Source of the DNA: Phoronis australis
Lineage: Eukaryota > Animalia > Phoronida
NCBI GenBank assembly: GCA_002633005.1
Contig: NMRA01000241.1
Location: forward strand, 290,952 to 354,951
DNA: 64,000 bases
Direction: 5' to 3'
This document shows positions 1 through 11,233 of this stretch, one piece after another (positions within the stretch are counted from its first letter, which is position 1; the number at the start of each line of letters is the position of its first letter). Both the position numbers and the translations under genes were made by a program. The notes beneath the pieces were generated by a model. The model had not been told where the DNA came from, did no database searches, and worked only from the letters and a program-made list of their open reading frames with translations.

Positions 1-1045
1 ATCTGTTGAGAACCTTTGAAGATACGGAGTTAAACGTAAAAAACTAAAATTGACACTAGGAGGCACAGCAGTACTCAGATGTGTCTGAAAGTCGTCGTCA
101 TCCTTAGTCAACATCACATAAATGCACTTGCTAAATTAAGTAAAGATTCTGCGAACGGTTTAGGAGATACAGCCATAGGCGCAAAAAAAAAAAAAAACTG
201 CCACTAAGAGGCGCCACAGTAATCGAAATCGTCGAAAAATCATCGTCAACTGTCCTCTTCATAGTAAGCACATGCATGCCAATTTTCACAATCATCCTTT
301 GAGCGGTTTGGTTGATAGAGGGGTGGACGCAAAAAACAGACTCGAAAACAGTAAAAATGGCCACTACGTGGCGCAAACTACGTCGAATCCATCCGAAAAC
401 GGGAGGATAGTGTCATCTCACTAATAGGTGCCTACATAACAAATTTCATGAAAATCTGTTCAGGACTTTTGAAGACACAAAGGTAAGTGTAAAAAATAAA
501 ATTGCCACTAGGGGGCACACCGGTAGTCGGATCCATCCGAAAGTGCGCTCAAGCCGTCCCATTCATGAATGGAACACATATGCCAAATTTCATGAACGTA
601 TGTCTAAGGGTTTTGGAGATAGAGCAGCGGACGCCGGACGGACGCCACCCGGACGGACAGACGGAGATGACGGCATAATGCGTCCACATATAAATATGTG
701 GGTGCATAAAAATGGCAACTAGGTGGCACAAAATACTTCAAATCCATCTGAAAACCAGATGATACCGCCATCCCATCAGTAGATGCCTATCTGCTCGATT
801 TTATGAAAATCTGTTAGGGACCTTTGATGATACCGAGGTAAACATAAAAAACTAAAATTGTCACTAGGGAGCACACCGATAGTCGGAACTGTCCAAAAGT
901 TTGCTCATGCCGTCCCATCCTTGAAAGGAACACACGCAAAATTTCATGAACAAACATCAAAGGGTTTTAGAGATAGAGCAGAGAACGCCCGACCTACGCT
1001 AGACAGAGATGACTGCATAATGCCGCAATGTAAAAATATCAAAAC
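1..1045 (+). mobile_element. Helentron/DINE-1-like non-autonomous repeat cluster with internal tandem subunits
   Basis: Recurrent subunit AAATTG(C/T)CACTAGGGG...ATCCATCCGAAA...AAATTTCATGAAAATCTG; GACGG/GACA microsatellite at ~628-665; related degenerate copies at ~1900-2050, 2330-2520, 3920-4410, 5780-6065. Boundaries approximate. Confidence 0.55.
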
Positions 1046-3007
1046 AAGAACTTAATTAATTTTGTGGAAGTCATTTACACTATAGAAATTCCACGACATG
1101 CACAATTAGAAAATATGCTCACATAACTCATTGTGATTATGAAATTGAGAGATGCAAAACAAGATTTGGATCTATATTTTATCAGCTAATTATGCTCACT
1201 ATGAAATAAAGGTACCAAACAATTATCAAAGATCAGAAAATTACCTTAAATTTTAGGAACGAGAGGTAAAAAAGTACATGCTTTAGTCAAGTCCAATATT
1301 CAGTATTCACAACTTCCAACTGTATTTAAACACAACGAATACATATGGCAAAATATCACCTATTTACGACCCAATAAGGCAGACAAGTGAAATTATATTT
1401 TCTCATGTTTTCATATGTAGCACCAAAATAATGCTTCGTCATGCTCAAAATCATATACAAGACAGTATCAGACAATATGTTTTGAAAAAATTGTGATCAT
1501 CAATAACAATGTTAGAAAATCCCTGAAAAATGAAAAAGTACAGTGTTGGCAGCCATTTTGTACGAAACTGGTAAGAATTTTAACATTGTGCAAAGAACCT
1601 TAGAACTGAAACTTCACTTTCATTGAACTAGCTTTAGAATAAAGACTTAACCCTATGTGAAAAATTATGCAATCACGAAAAGCAAAAGGGACTCTATTAA
1701 AACAACTTATTAGGTAATGTTAGGATTACATTAAAAGCAAGAGCATCGCGAGAGTGTCGATGTGTGTCCACTGTAGGCACCACAAATATAGAGTGATAAT
1801 AGCTTTTAGTAACAGCAGTCTCCTCTGTTCAATAGTCAACATCAGTTGTGCTGTCCTCAAATGTCCTGAAAATCCATCAAAGCATGGTGGATATTGAGAC
1901 AGACAAAACAGCAAATTTTCCACTAGGGGGTGCCACAGTACTCAGATCTATCTTAAAATCAAAATCAACACCAACCATGCTTTCCTGAGCGAGAACACAT
2001 ACAACAACTTTCATGAAGATCCACACATAAAAATTGGTAGACATCGAACTAGACCCAAAGAAACCCCAACCTACTACAAGAAGCGTCAAATTAGCAGTAT
2101 TCTCCAAAACATCTTTTTACTTTTGGTTTTCGCTATAAGAAGTTTAGCTTACTTGTGATGAGATCCGAAAAAAGTGCAACAATATTAGTCATTTCTTAAA
2201 CAAAGAGGGAACTTTTTGCCTTTTACACAAATTCCATTGACCAATTCCAAGGCTTTAATCTTTTTCAGTTTGGACATAGACTTTTGAACACATGAATTTT
2301 GTAATTCTCATCGAGTATTTATTTTCTGACTTGGAAGTCGAATCTGTCCAAAAATCAGTGGTAGTCCTACTCACTTCAATAGGATAACTAACGCCAAATT
2401 TAAAAAGATCCATGAAAGATCTTGGCAGATATCAAGGCAGACCTAAAATTGCCATTAGAGAATCAGAGTTACTATGGTTGGATTGGAACCAAAAAATTGA
2501 TGTCAGTCAGCTCTCTTTTATAGCAACACATCAATCAACTTTAATGATTCCTCAAGTGATTTGGTAGACAAGGGACAAACAAAAAACGGACACAAAAACG
2601 AGAGCGCTCGGAGGAGCGACACTTGGGCGGAATTAATCGAAAAGACGACGATGGGGAGGACGACGACAATCATGACGATCAAGGCGGCAATTATGAATAA
2701 CACGATAACATTCATGTGACTAGCGAAGAAATCAAATAGAGAGCATACAATCAACTACAATCAAGAACAATAGATGGCGCAACATGACAGACCAGCCATG
2801 CTTTGCTCCCACATTCCAAAATAGGTGGCGCTATATGACAGTCTGCAGAGCAAAGTTATGTTTAAAATAAATATTTGGCCTGGAATTCCAGTCTACAGTA
2901 GGACAGTGCTGGCTGGGTCAGTCGGGTCAACTAGGCATAACCAAAACAAAGTGAACTGAAAGCCAGCCAGCTGCGTGCTTGCATAGGTGACCAAAGGAAC
3001 AACGGTA

Positions 3008-3825
3008 TCAAAAAATCCCGAATAATTCAAAAAGTAGACGTTGTAGCGCAAAATGGAAAATATTTTCTGGAAGCCCGTTCAAAACTGTATCTAAAGTGAT
3101 AGTTTGGCAAAAATCAAAAAAATTTTCGAAAAAATTGAAAATTTGCCGGCTTTTTTGAAATTCAAAGTCAAATAACTCGAAAACGGTAAGTCTGAGAAAT
3201 ATGCTCTCCCAGACTTTTTGAAAGGTCATACTTAAAGGAATCCACATGCAAAAAATTCACGTCATTTGCTCTTCCCATTAAAAACGCGATAGCAGAACGA
3301 TTGAAACCTTGTGAACTTGCGCTTCAGCCGCCATCTTGAAAGTGACTTCCGGTTCAATAAACTTTTATAAAAGCCTAGTAAACTCAACAAACACGTGACC
3401 AGTTTGAAAGTGATTGGTTTGCAAATGCGCCCTCTACAGGAGAAAACGTTTTTGGCCATATTTCGGGGTGCGCATGCGCCACTTCCAATATTTCCGCCAT
3501 CTTTGACCGGAAGTCAACGATTTTCTGCACACTTGTAGCACATGCGTTCTAGTATAATAGTACCGATTTTCAGCCATGTAAGTACGTCGAAAAATGCGGC
3601 CTCTACGAGCATTTGACTGTGAAATCGGATACAAAATGGCCGCCATGTCCGCCATTTTGTATCCGATCATGACCAAAAACAATAGGCTTCTAGGACTTTT
3701 TGATCTACACGCCGTGTGCAAATTTCGTGCGGATCAGACGAAAATTGCGACCTGTAGAGTGCGAAAAAAAACTTGATGGCAGAGCAACATACTTGGCGGA
3801 ATTCTGGGAATTCCGCCAAGTAACA
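3008..3825 (-). mobile_element. Helentron-like non-autonomous element with terminal hairpin
   Basis: CpG-rich block distinct from its flanks; perfect hairpin TACTTGGCGGAATTC-TGG-GAATTCCGCCAAGTA (3790-3822); internal palindrome ATCGGATACAAAATGGC...GCCATTTTGTATCCGAT (~3624-3667). Left boundary approximate. Confidence 0.5.
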
Positions 3826-4464
3826 AGAAAAATGGAACTGCATGAGTGCCGTCATCTCAATCACAAAACCTTACTTGTCATATCTTATGAAGACAGCTAT
3901 CAAGGCATATGTAAAGAAAACAAAATTACGACTGGGAGACATCACAGTAGACAGACTTGACCCAAAATCAATGTTAGCTGTGCTTGAATGCCCAATAGGA
4001 ACACATGCAACAAATGTCAGGGAAGATCCATAAAACTGCCACAAGGGGCAACTGTAGCAGCTGGACCTGACTGAAAACAAATGTTAGCTCATTTCAACAG
4101 GAACACATCTACCAAATTTCATCCTGACCTTTCAAACAGTTTGGCCAATACCGAGGGGTGGTGCAGAATAAGTTGAAACCATACAAACAGGCAATGATGT
4201 CATCATCTCTTAAGCCTGTGTGCCAAAGTTCATGAAAATCTGCTGAGGAATTTGGTAGATACAGAGACAAACCTAAAAACTAAACTTTGTGCATGGGGCT
4301 TCAACTATAATGGGAACAACTTGGCTGCAAAATTTCCATCGAAGGGCGGAGGAGATATAGCAGTGGATGTCGGACAAACAGACGGCAATACAACCTCGTG
4401 CACAAAAAACGGCACAGTCTAACAGACTGAGTGTTCTTAGTAAAAGGTTTGACAGATTACTTAC

Positions 4465-4579
4465 CTCCAAGCCATCTAAACATTCGTTCAAAGATTTTTG
4501 CATTTTTCCTCAGGAAGTAAACATAACCTTTTGCATACTGTTTCCGTGGCAACCATAATGGCATCTGCATATGCCGTTT
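4465..4579 (-). CDS. PAFAH2: PAF acetylhydrolase coding exon 2 (KRHMQMPLWLPRKQYAKGYVYFLRKNAKIFERMFRWLGG); gene continues beyond the left window edge
   Basis: Acceptor TTTCAG, donor G|GTAAGT, phase 0 matches exon 1. PLWLPRKQY..G matches the family PLWIPR.EY..G motif. No SHGL/GHSFG exons found in 1-4464. Confidence 0.87.
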
Positions 4580-4845
4580 CTGAAATAAAATATCATAAAA
4601 AGAACTACAGAATGGCTGCGTAACCGTTTCTAACCGTGCACTAAATTTGGGTTTGAACAACCTATCTTTGTTTGAAATTTTACTTTCAGAGAAGTGAAAA
4701 TTTCAACATTAATTAAGTTCACATACTACAAACTCTACAATGGAACATTTACAACAGATTGTATTGGGATGAACAAGCTTTGTTATCAGATATCATTTGT
4801 GCATTATCATAGATGACATTAATGTTAATCCTAACCATTACGTAC

Positions 4846-4887
4846 CTGTGAGGCTGAGACGGAGTGTTGAGAAGAGGAGGAGCTAGA
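4846..4887 (-). CDS. Candidate 42-nt in-frame cassette exon of the PAF-AH gene (SSSSSSQHSVSASQ)
   Basis: CAG acceptor, strong donor CAG|GTACGT, phase 0-0, no stop. The polypyrimidine tract is weak. Confidence 0.3.
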
Positions 4888-7800
4888 CTGTCAGCAATGA
4901 TTTATTCTAATTCATCAGATTATATGTGATACCAAATAAAGAATCTTGTTCTATGATTGGGTAAGTGAACATTCAGAATTTGAACTCAAGCTGACCTTTG
5001 AATGAGATTTGCAAATCAAGTACCACAACTATAGACATCCAGAAGGATAACTGGAACAACTCAGTTACCAGCACTACCCAGAGGCCAAATTATTCCGCTT
5101 TTGATGTTCCTTAAACTACCGTTTATTAGTTTCAACAACAATTTGGCAATTAAAAAACTACCTTTCACCAGTCAGAGAAAACCTGTGACATACCTCTCTA
5201 TATTGAATGGTTTCACACAATACCATCCACCTAACCACACCAAAACAATGAACTGTGTTTGACTGTTACTCTACTTGCAAAAGCAAAAAATGCCAATACC
5301 TAGTTCCTGATCTGTCTGAAGTTAGCAATTGAAGGACCCTAGACTAATATCCAAATTTGGCAATGTAACTTCAAGAAGTTCATCATATCTCAGAAATGGC
5401 TGATAGATTCATACGCAACGCAACTTTCAGAAATCATGATTGTCACATGGTTTCTTTTTTAGATGATCCACTTTTGCATGAGGGCTATAAAATATGGGAC
5501 CTTAAATTATATCAAAAATAACCTAAAAAGTTACACAAAATGAAGTGATAACTTAGAAAAGTGTTAACAACATTTTTGAGATTATCTTGAACATTTATAT
5601 CAAATGAAATTTGATAATGGTATTGATCGCATTGTTTTGTTATGATTATAGGCCTACATTTTTTGCTAAATTTTAGTAACAAGAACACAAGCATTGAAAT
5701 GCCCCCACAACTGTACCTCAGACAGTATGCTCCTAGGGGTGTTTACAACTATCATGTAATATATAAAATAAAAAGGCTAACACAAAGAAAATCTAAATTG
5801 CCACTAGAGGATTGCCACAGAAGTCAGACCCACCCAAAATCAATGTCAGGTGCACTATCCTCAACTGCGGTGTGGTCAAAAAAACAAAATTGTCAAGTGC
5901 TCGGGGACACACCAGTAATCGAAATTGTCAGCAATTTCGCTCTTGCCCTCTCATCCATGATAGAATTAATAGTTTGCAGTATTTCACGAATATCGATCAA
6001 GGGGCAGTGGGCACTGGACAACAGCACAAAGAGATTACGGTATGATGCATATTGTGGGCGATAAAAAGACATGGTCACATGACCCGATCACGCCTTGAAC
6101 GGCTGCTAAATTGAAGTTTTGTAGACATTTAGCTGAATGCACAGTCTTGCCAATCGTAAGGCCCTACACAATCTTAAACACACCCAATCCTTCCAAATTA
6201 GCAGACAGTGAAGGCATAAGCTGCATGAGTGGGAAGGACTTGCAGATACACAGCCATTCACAAGTCTTTCAAACATTTGATTGGAATTTGGGTTGGCAAC
6301 AAAATGGAACCAGACAGCTTAACTGATGATATACCAGATAAAATGTTAAGCCTTTAAGACTACACCAGACTTTTCAGTTGCACAGTTGCAATACCCTTAC
6401 ACTTGCACACATTACCTTATATATGTAACTCTAATTACCGTGCACACAACCTGGCATAGTGCAATTACCATGTGAAAATAGGGGGGGATAATCATGTGTA
6501 TCTTTCAAGTTCATTTTTACGAGGGATACAACTTTGCCAGGATTCTGATTTCCACCAAATTTTGATGGATTAATAGAGGGGGACTAATTCATGGTTTGAT
6601 GATTCAATAAGAATTAGTATTGTTATCTGTATCACTGTATCATAAAACCTCTGGTGTTCAGTCATGCATGTTTTGTAAAACACTGAGTAGTGTCAGTGTC
6701 TGCCAATAAAGGTGTGGCAAAGCTTTCCCATACTCCCGAAAATCCTTTGGGGACACAGCAGCCGTTGGTGCAATTAAATTTAGTTTTTCCAGAAATATTT
6801 TTGAGATTTTAAAATACTTGGGAATGCTATAATCCATAAAGTTCACACTTACAGCAGTGCCAATCCCTTGTGAGTATTTTTCAATGAAATTTTTACTAGT
6901 CCTGAATATTTATGCATGAGGACACTCTCTGAATTAATACTTGGGGAAATGACCATGCTTGGTTACCGTAGATTCAAATAAAACACCCATGATTAAGTGT
7001 GTCATAAAACCACCAGTGTCAGTGTCTGTCCATAGCTGGGACATCACCAGAATTCTTGAATCGTTTGGGAACAATGTAGGGAAATGCTCACTGTTTAATC
7101 CAATGCTATTATCATGAAATATTTCAGGGACTTCAAAAAACATGAGAAGAGCACAAGAGTTTTTCATGTGCATGGCAGTCAGTAGAAATTACAATAATTG
7201 TAACTTTTATTGAAGGACTGAGGTATTACATACAGCTAAAATGAAGTAGCAGTGAATAAAATCCAAATTGCCAGCTCAGATCTAATACCCAATAGCCATA
7301 CAAAGACTGAGAATAACCTCAAACCAATCAATACTAAATATAAGGCCCTCACACTAAGGTCCATTCATCAATAGCAGGGTGTCAATTGGTGTTACAAGAT
7401 AATTCTCAAGCGTTTTTATCCCCCCCCCCACCCCCGGGAAAACAAATAGCTACAGCAAATATGGTGCTATAGGCCTACAAACGTCTCCAATTGAAGAACC
7501 CCAAGATTACACAAGCCTGTAAATGTAACTTCACACATTTCAGATACATTCCAAAAGGAAATATGAAAATCCTATGGAAGAAGACAAATACCTGTTAGTA
7601 CTTAAAGTGGTACAGGTATATTTCATCCCATCAATATTAATCCTGAGGTATGCTCCCAGCAATGTTGAGCTGAGTGAGTTAAGATAATAATCCACCCACA
7701 GCTAGCTGTCCAAACATGCCTTTACTGTTGCTAAGCAACCCTGGGTGGGTCCACACTGAATGTGGTAATATAGGCATACCAATAAACAGTGAGACTGATA

Positions 7801-10254
7801 AATTACAGCATAAGTTTATGTTGCGTGTACAAATTCACTAATACTACCATGACAAGGTGACAAAGAAATGTGGGATATAAATTAGCATTTTAGACTGTAG
7901 ATGAGGACACCTGACCAGATCAATATTTTTTGTAACAGACATTGAGGATAAATCACACAAGTTCCAGCTTAAATGGCCTGGAACTTTTAAATAGAGAAAC
8001 TGAAAAACAGTCAGGAAAAGGCAGAGTTTCTTCAATTCTGGGATAGGCATTTAAAAGGAGCATGCGTGTTAACCTTAACGCATATTATAGTCCCTGTGCA
8101 AAATTTTCTACCAAAACTGAAGCAAGACCTCTCAGCAATATGCCAGATTTATATATTTTCATTGTGCTACAAACATGACCAACAGGTTGTACTGGGTCAT
8201 GCTTTAACAACAACTGTGAGCAAGTTTGTTATTTACTGTCTACATAACTTATAACCTATTTGATGAAATCTGGCTTTCATTTCATTCATAACAGCCACCC
8301 TCAACGTTCCACCAACCCACCAAATGCCACACAGCTAACATACTCCCAGATGTGTGACCATAGACAATATCAAGTGAAACCCTAGACAATCCAGAACAAT
8401 AATCTTATATGATGACCCTGTAGCAACTGAAACTATCAATTTTACTTCATTTTAATTTTCCACACCCTATTTCATCATGTGCTTCAGGGTGAGTCAGATT
8501 GTTTCTTGAACAACAATGAAACTGGTTTACACCTGAGTTTATCAGTTTCACTGAAACAGGTCAGTGCCAGGTACACTTTCAACACCCATAACCCTTTGAT
8601 ATGTAACATTACAATAGCTCCATTATGTTTGGGCATCACACAAAAGATCAATTCTTCTTACAGCCTATTGGACAAAACATAATGAACTAAACAAGAGAAT
8701 GTGTTGCTAGCACATTATGCAAGCAGCTAACACACTCAAATGCCTTTCCCACTGGTGCCAAGCTTTGTTTTGATGTTAGCATCTAGTTTGGAGAAACTTT
8801 CTTAGATCGAAGTTAACAGGGGGAGTTAACAGTTTAGGAAGGAGTAAAGAGGTGGATTTGACAGCACAGCCACCAACACTCCACTAAAATTGGAATACTT
8901 AATTTCCATGCCACCAGAGTTATCAGAATGGGTCATTGCATTTCCCAACACTAGGTTGTGACTGGTTAATATTTGTCAATATTTTGTTATAAGGATTCTG
9001 CTTCAACTGATGTGCATATTTTCTGGATTCTTTACATAACCAAAAAAATCATTGAACGTGCACAGAACGAGTTCCTGCCATATTACCTTTGTTCAGATCA
9101 GCTGGTAATCACCCACGTTGTGATAACTCTACTGAATTAGTTGTTGTAGCTGGGATGGAAATGGAAATGATCAACTTCCTGGTAAAACACTCATAGTAGC
9201 AAAGTTAACCATATGGGATGGGTCTTTAAAATACCTCAAATATACCAGCACTGGGTACTTGAGTGGTAGGGTTATGAAAGTGATAATGCATGATCAGGTC
9301 ACAGCTTAGAAATAAAAAATTAAACATTTTTTCCATTCAATAACTGACTCTAAAAATGATTGAAGTGAGCTAACTCTGCAATGGCTGATCGGATTCGTAT
9401 GAAACTTTCATTTAATACACACTCCATGAACGGTTCTCCAGTGTTAAGAATTGTTTTTAAAATATTCCACATGAGGCAATCAAAAATAGCTTTGTAATGA
9501 TTTTCATAAAAAAACATCAAAAATTGCACAAAACAAAAATGAAATGCTAATTTCAGTTAGAAAACTGTAACAGCATATTTGAAATTTTCTTTAGTTTTAA
9601 GCATTAATAACAGATGAAATTTTGCAATGTTATCGATACCTTTCTTTTTGCAAATTTTGCTGAAAAGATGTAGTCACTATGGCCAAATTAACGACAGATT
9701 GCTATTAAAGATAAAAATCAAAGTCTGTAGGTTTCTCACTTTCAGAAGATAGTTAATTTCTACAGTTTAATAGACATTGGGCTAAATGCATAAACCTGCC
9801 AATAACGTGTTGTTCTAAAACAGAGATTAAAAATACCATTTGCAATCAAAATCGTTTTCTTACTCTCAACGAAACGAACTTTTTGGACAAGAGATATGGC
9901 TGTAATTTGCATCTTCAGGACACAATGTTGCTAGTATATTTATATCCAATCTATTGTCCATGTAACTGTTTTCACACGAATTGTATTGTAGAAGTTCACT
10001 TAAAATTTTAATTTTATTAGCTCCACTCAGTCCACTGACCGTCGCCTGAATGCCTGCGGCACTCATATGGATGGATTGTTTACAACTAGTCAAGACCACA
10101 GTTAGGCTAACCTGTGTTTGACGGGCAGGATAAGTAAACTTGCCTTGTGTGTTGCCTAGAGTTGTAAACACTTAGCGATTTACGCTAACATTTCTATGAA
10201 CATTCCGGACCACGTAGGTATTTAATTATGTCTTCGACACTCGACAGAAACCGC

Positions 10255-10287
10255 AGAGAGAGAGAGAGAGAGAGAGAGTGTGTGTGT
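10255..10287. repeat. Compound (AG)n(TG)n microsatellite in PAF-AH intron 1
   Basis: Directly visible dinucleotide runs. Confidence 0.9.
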
Positions 10288-10322
10288 ACCTCTTACGTAA
10301 CACTCGAGTGCAATTAACTTAC

Positions 10323-10478
10323 GTGTATATCTAGAGACGGTATGGGATAGTAAATCCGCATGAACAATTCATGTTCGTGAGTTCCGTCATCGCACATTAG
10401 ATCAACACACCCAACCGTGTGCGGACCGGTACCAACTGGCAAATGTTTGCGAGTTTCTTCTGTCTTTCTCCTCTTCAT
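10323..10478 (-). CDS. PAFAH2: Platelet-activating factor acetylhydrolase (PAFAH2/PLA2G7 family), coding exon 1
   Basis: Translates MKRRKTEETRKHLPVGTGPHTVGCVDLMCDDGTHEHELFMRIYYPIPSLDIH, matching the family N-terminal pattern P..GP..VGC.D.M......F.R.YYP. In-frame TGA three codons upstream of the ATG; donor CAC|GTAAGT. Below the ORF-track length cutoff. Symbol indicates family, orthology not tested. Confidence 0.88.
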
Positions 10479-11079
10479 GTCAACTCAAAGGAAGTTCCGA
10501 GAAAGTTCGTCTGACCTGGACCCAATATTAGGCGTACCTCACGGCACCGACCTCACGACAGCACAATCTGTGGGATTAGTTTCCTAACATCAAGTGGCAA
10601 CAAGGCATGAATTAAATGGTGCGCATGCGTGATAACCCCTCTCGCTTCTAAAATAGGCATAGTCACAACTTTTACGTGCTGAAGGAGGTCTTTTCAACAT
10701 GTTTTGAATAGTTTTGGTGGTCGAGGCACAGGTGTGTATTGCGAAGTAGTACTGAATACTAAAGTGCCTAATCTGAGATGATTCAGAACAAACTAGGAGT
10801 CTGTCTCTTTGACAGGGGGTGACCTCGGCATGTTCGACCCCTGACCTCTGATAACATCTGTTGAGACGAAGGTAGGCTAAATATAAAAACTCGAATTGAT
10901 TGAGAAAGATTAAGTTAATCTTTGGCGACGTGGCCTGTTTTATTAACAGCACACGTCAACAGGTAGTTCAGAAGCTATTGGCGCTATTGTTTCTGTCTCC
11001 ATTTATATTCAGAAGAGGGTCATTTAGTAATCCCTTCGACAACATTTACCATAGATTAAAGACTTTGCCGAAGAACAGA
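10479..11079. promoter_or_regulatory. Bidirectional promoter/5'UTR region between the PAF-AH (-) and JmjC (+) genes; NRF1-like site; possible 5'UTR intron
   Basis: Divergent ATGs at 10478 and 11080; TGCGCATGCG at 10620-10629; relatively CpG-rich; candidate + strand UTR intron AAG|GTAGGC 10872 to TTCAG 11012. Confidence 0.6.
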
Positions 11080-11233
11080 ATGGTCTTCCTTTTGACAATT
11101 ATAGCACTTAGCACATTTGAGTGTCTGTACGCGAAAGTTGGTTTTATGAAAGACCAGAGCATGGATGCTATTTTCCCACCGAGGATCATTCGAAGTGAGA
11201 CGGGTATACCTGATGGTCATCTTAGACCTCTTG
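11080..11233 (+). CDS. JmjC gene coding exon 1 (signal peptide; MVFLLTIIALSTFECLYA...PDGHLRPLG)
   Basis: ATG at 11080, hydrophobic N-terminus, donor G|GTAAGT at 11233/11234. Confidence 0.88.

Noticed and set aside
2518-2754. Hydrophobic 78-aa ORF on - / acidic stretch on +
   Set aside because: Both arise from a degenerate GAC/GAT trinucleotide tract; no splice or homology support.
5642-6064. 140-aa ORF
   Set aside because: Overlaps a degenerate copy of the intronic repeat family, antisense to PAF-AH; no motifs.
10515-10540. Minus-strand donor GAG|GTACGC paired with a nearby CAG upstream of the PAF-AH ATG
   Set aside because: The implied intron is only ~20 nt, too short to splice.
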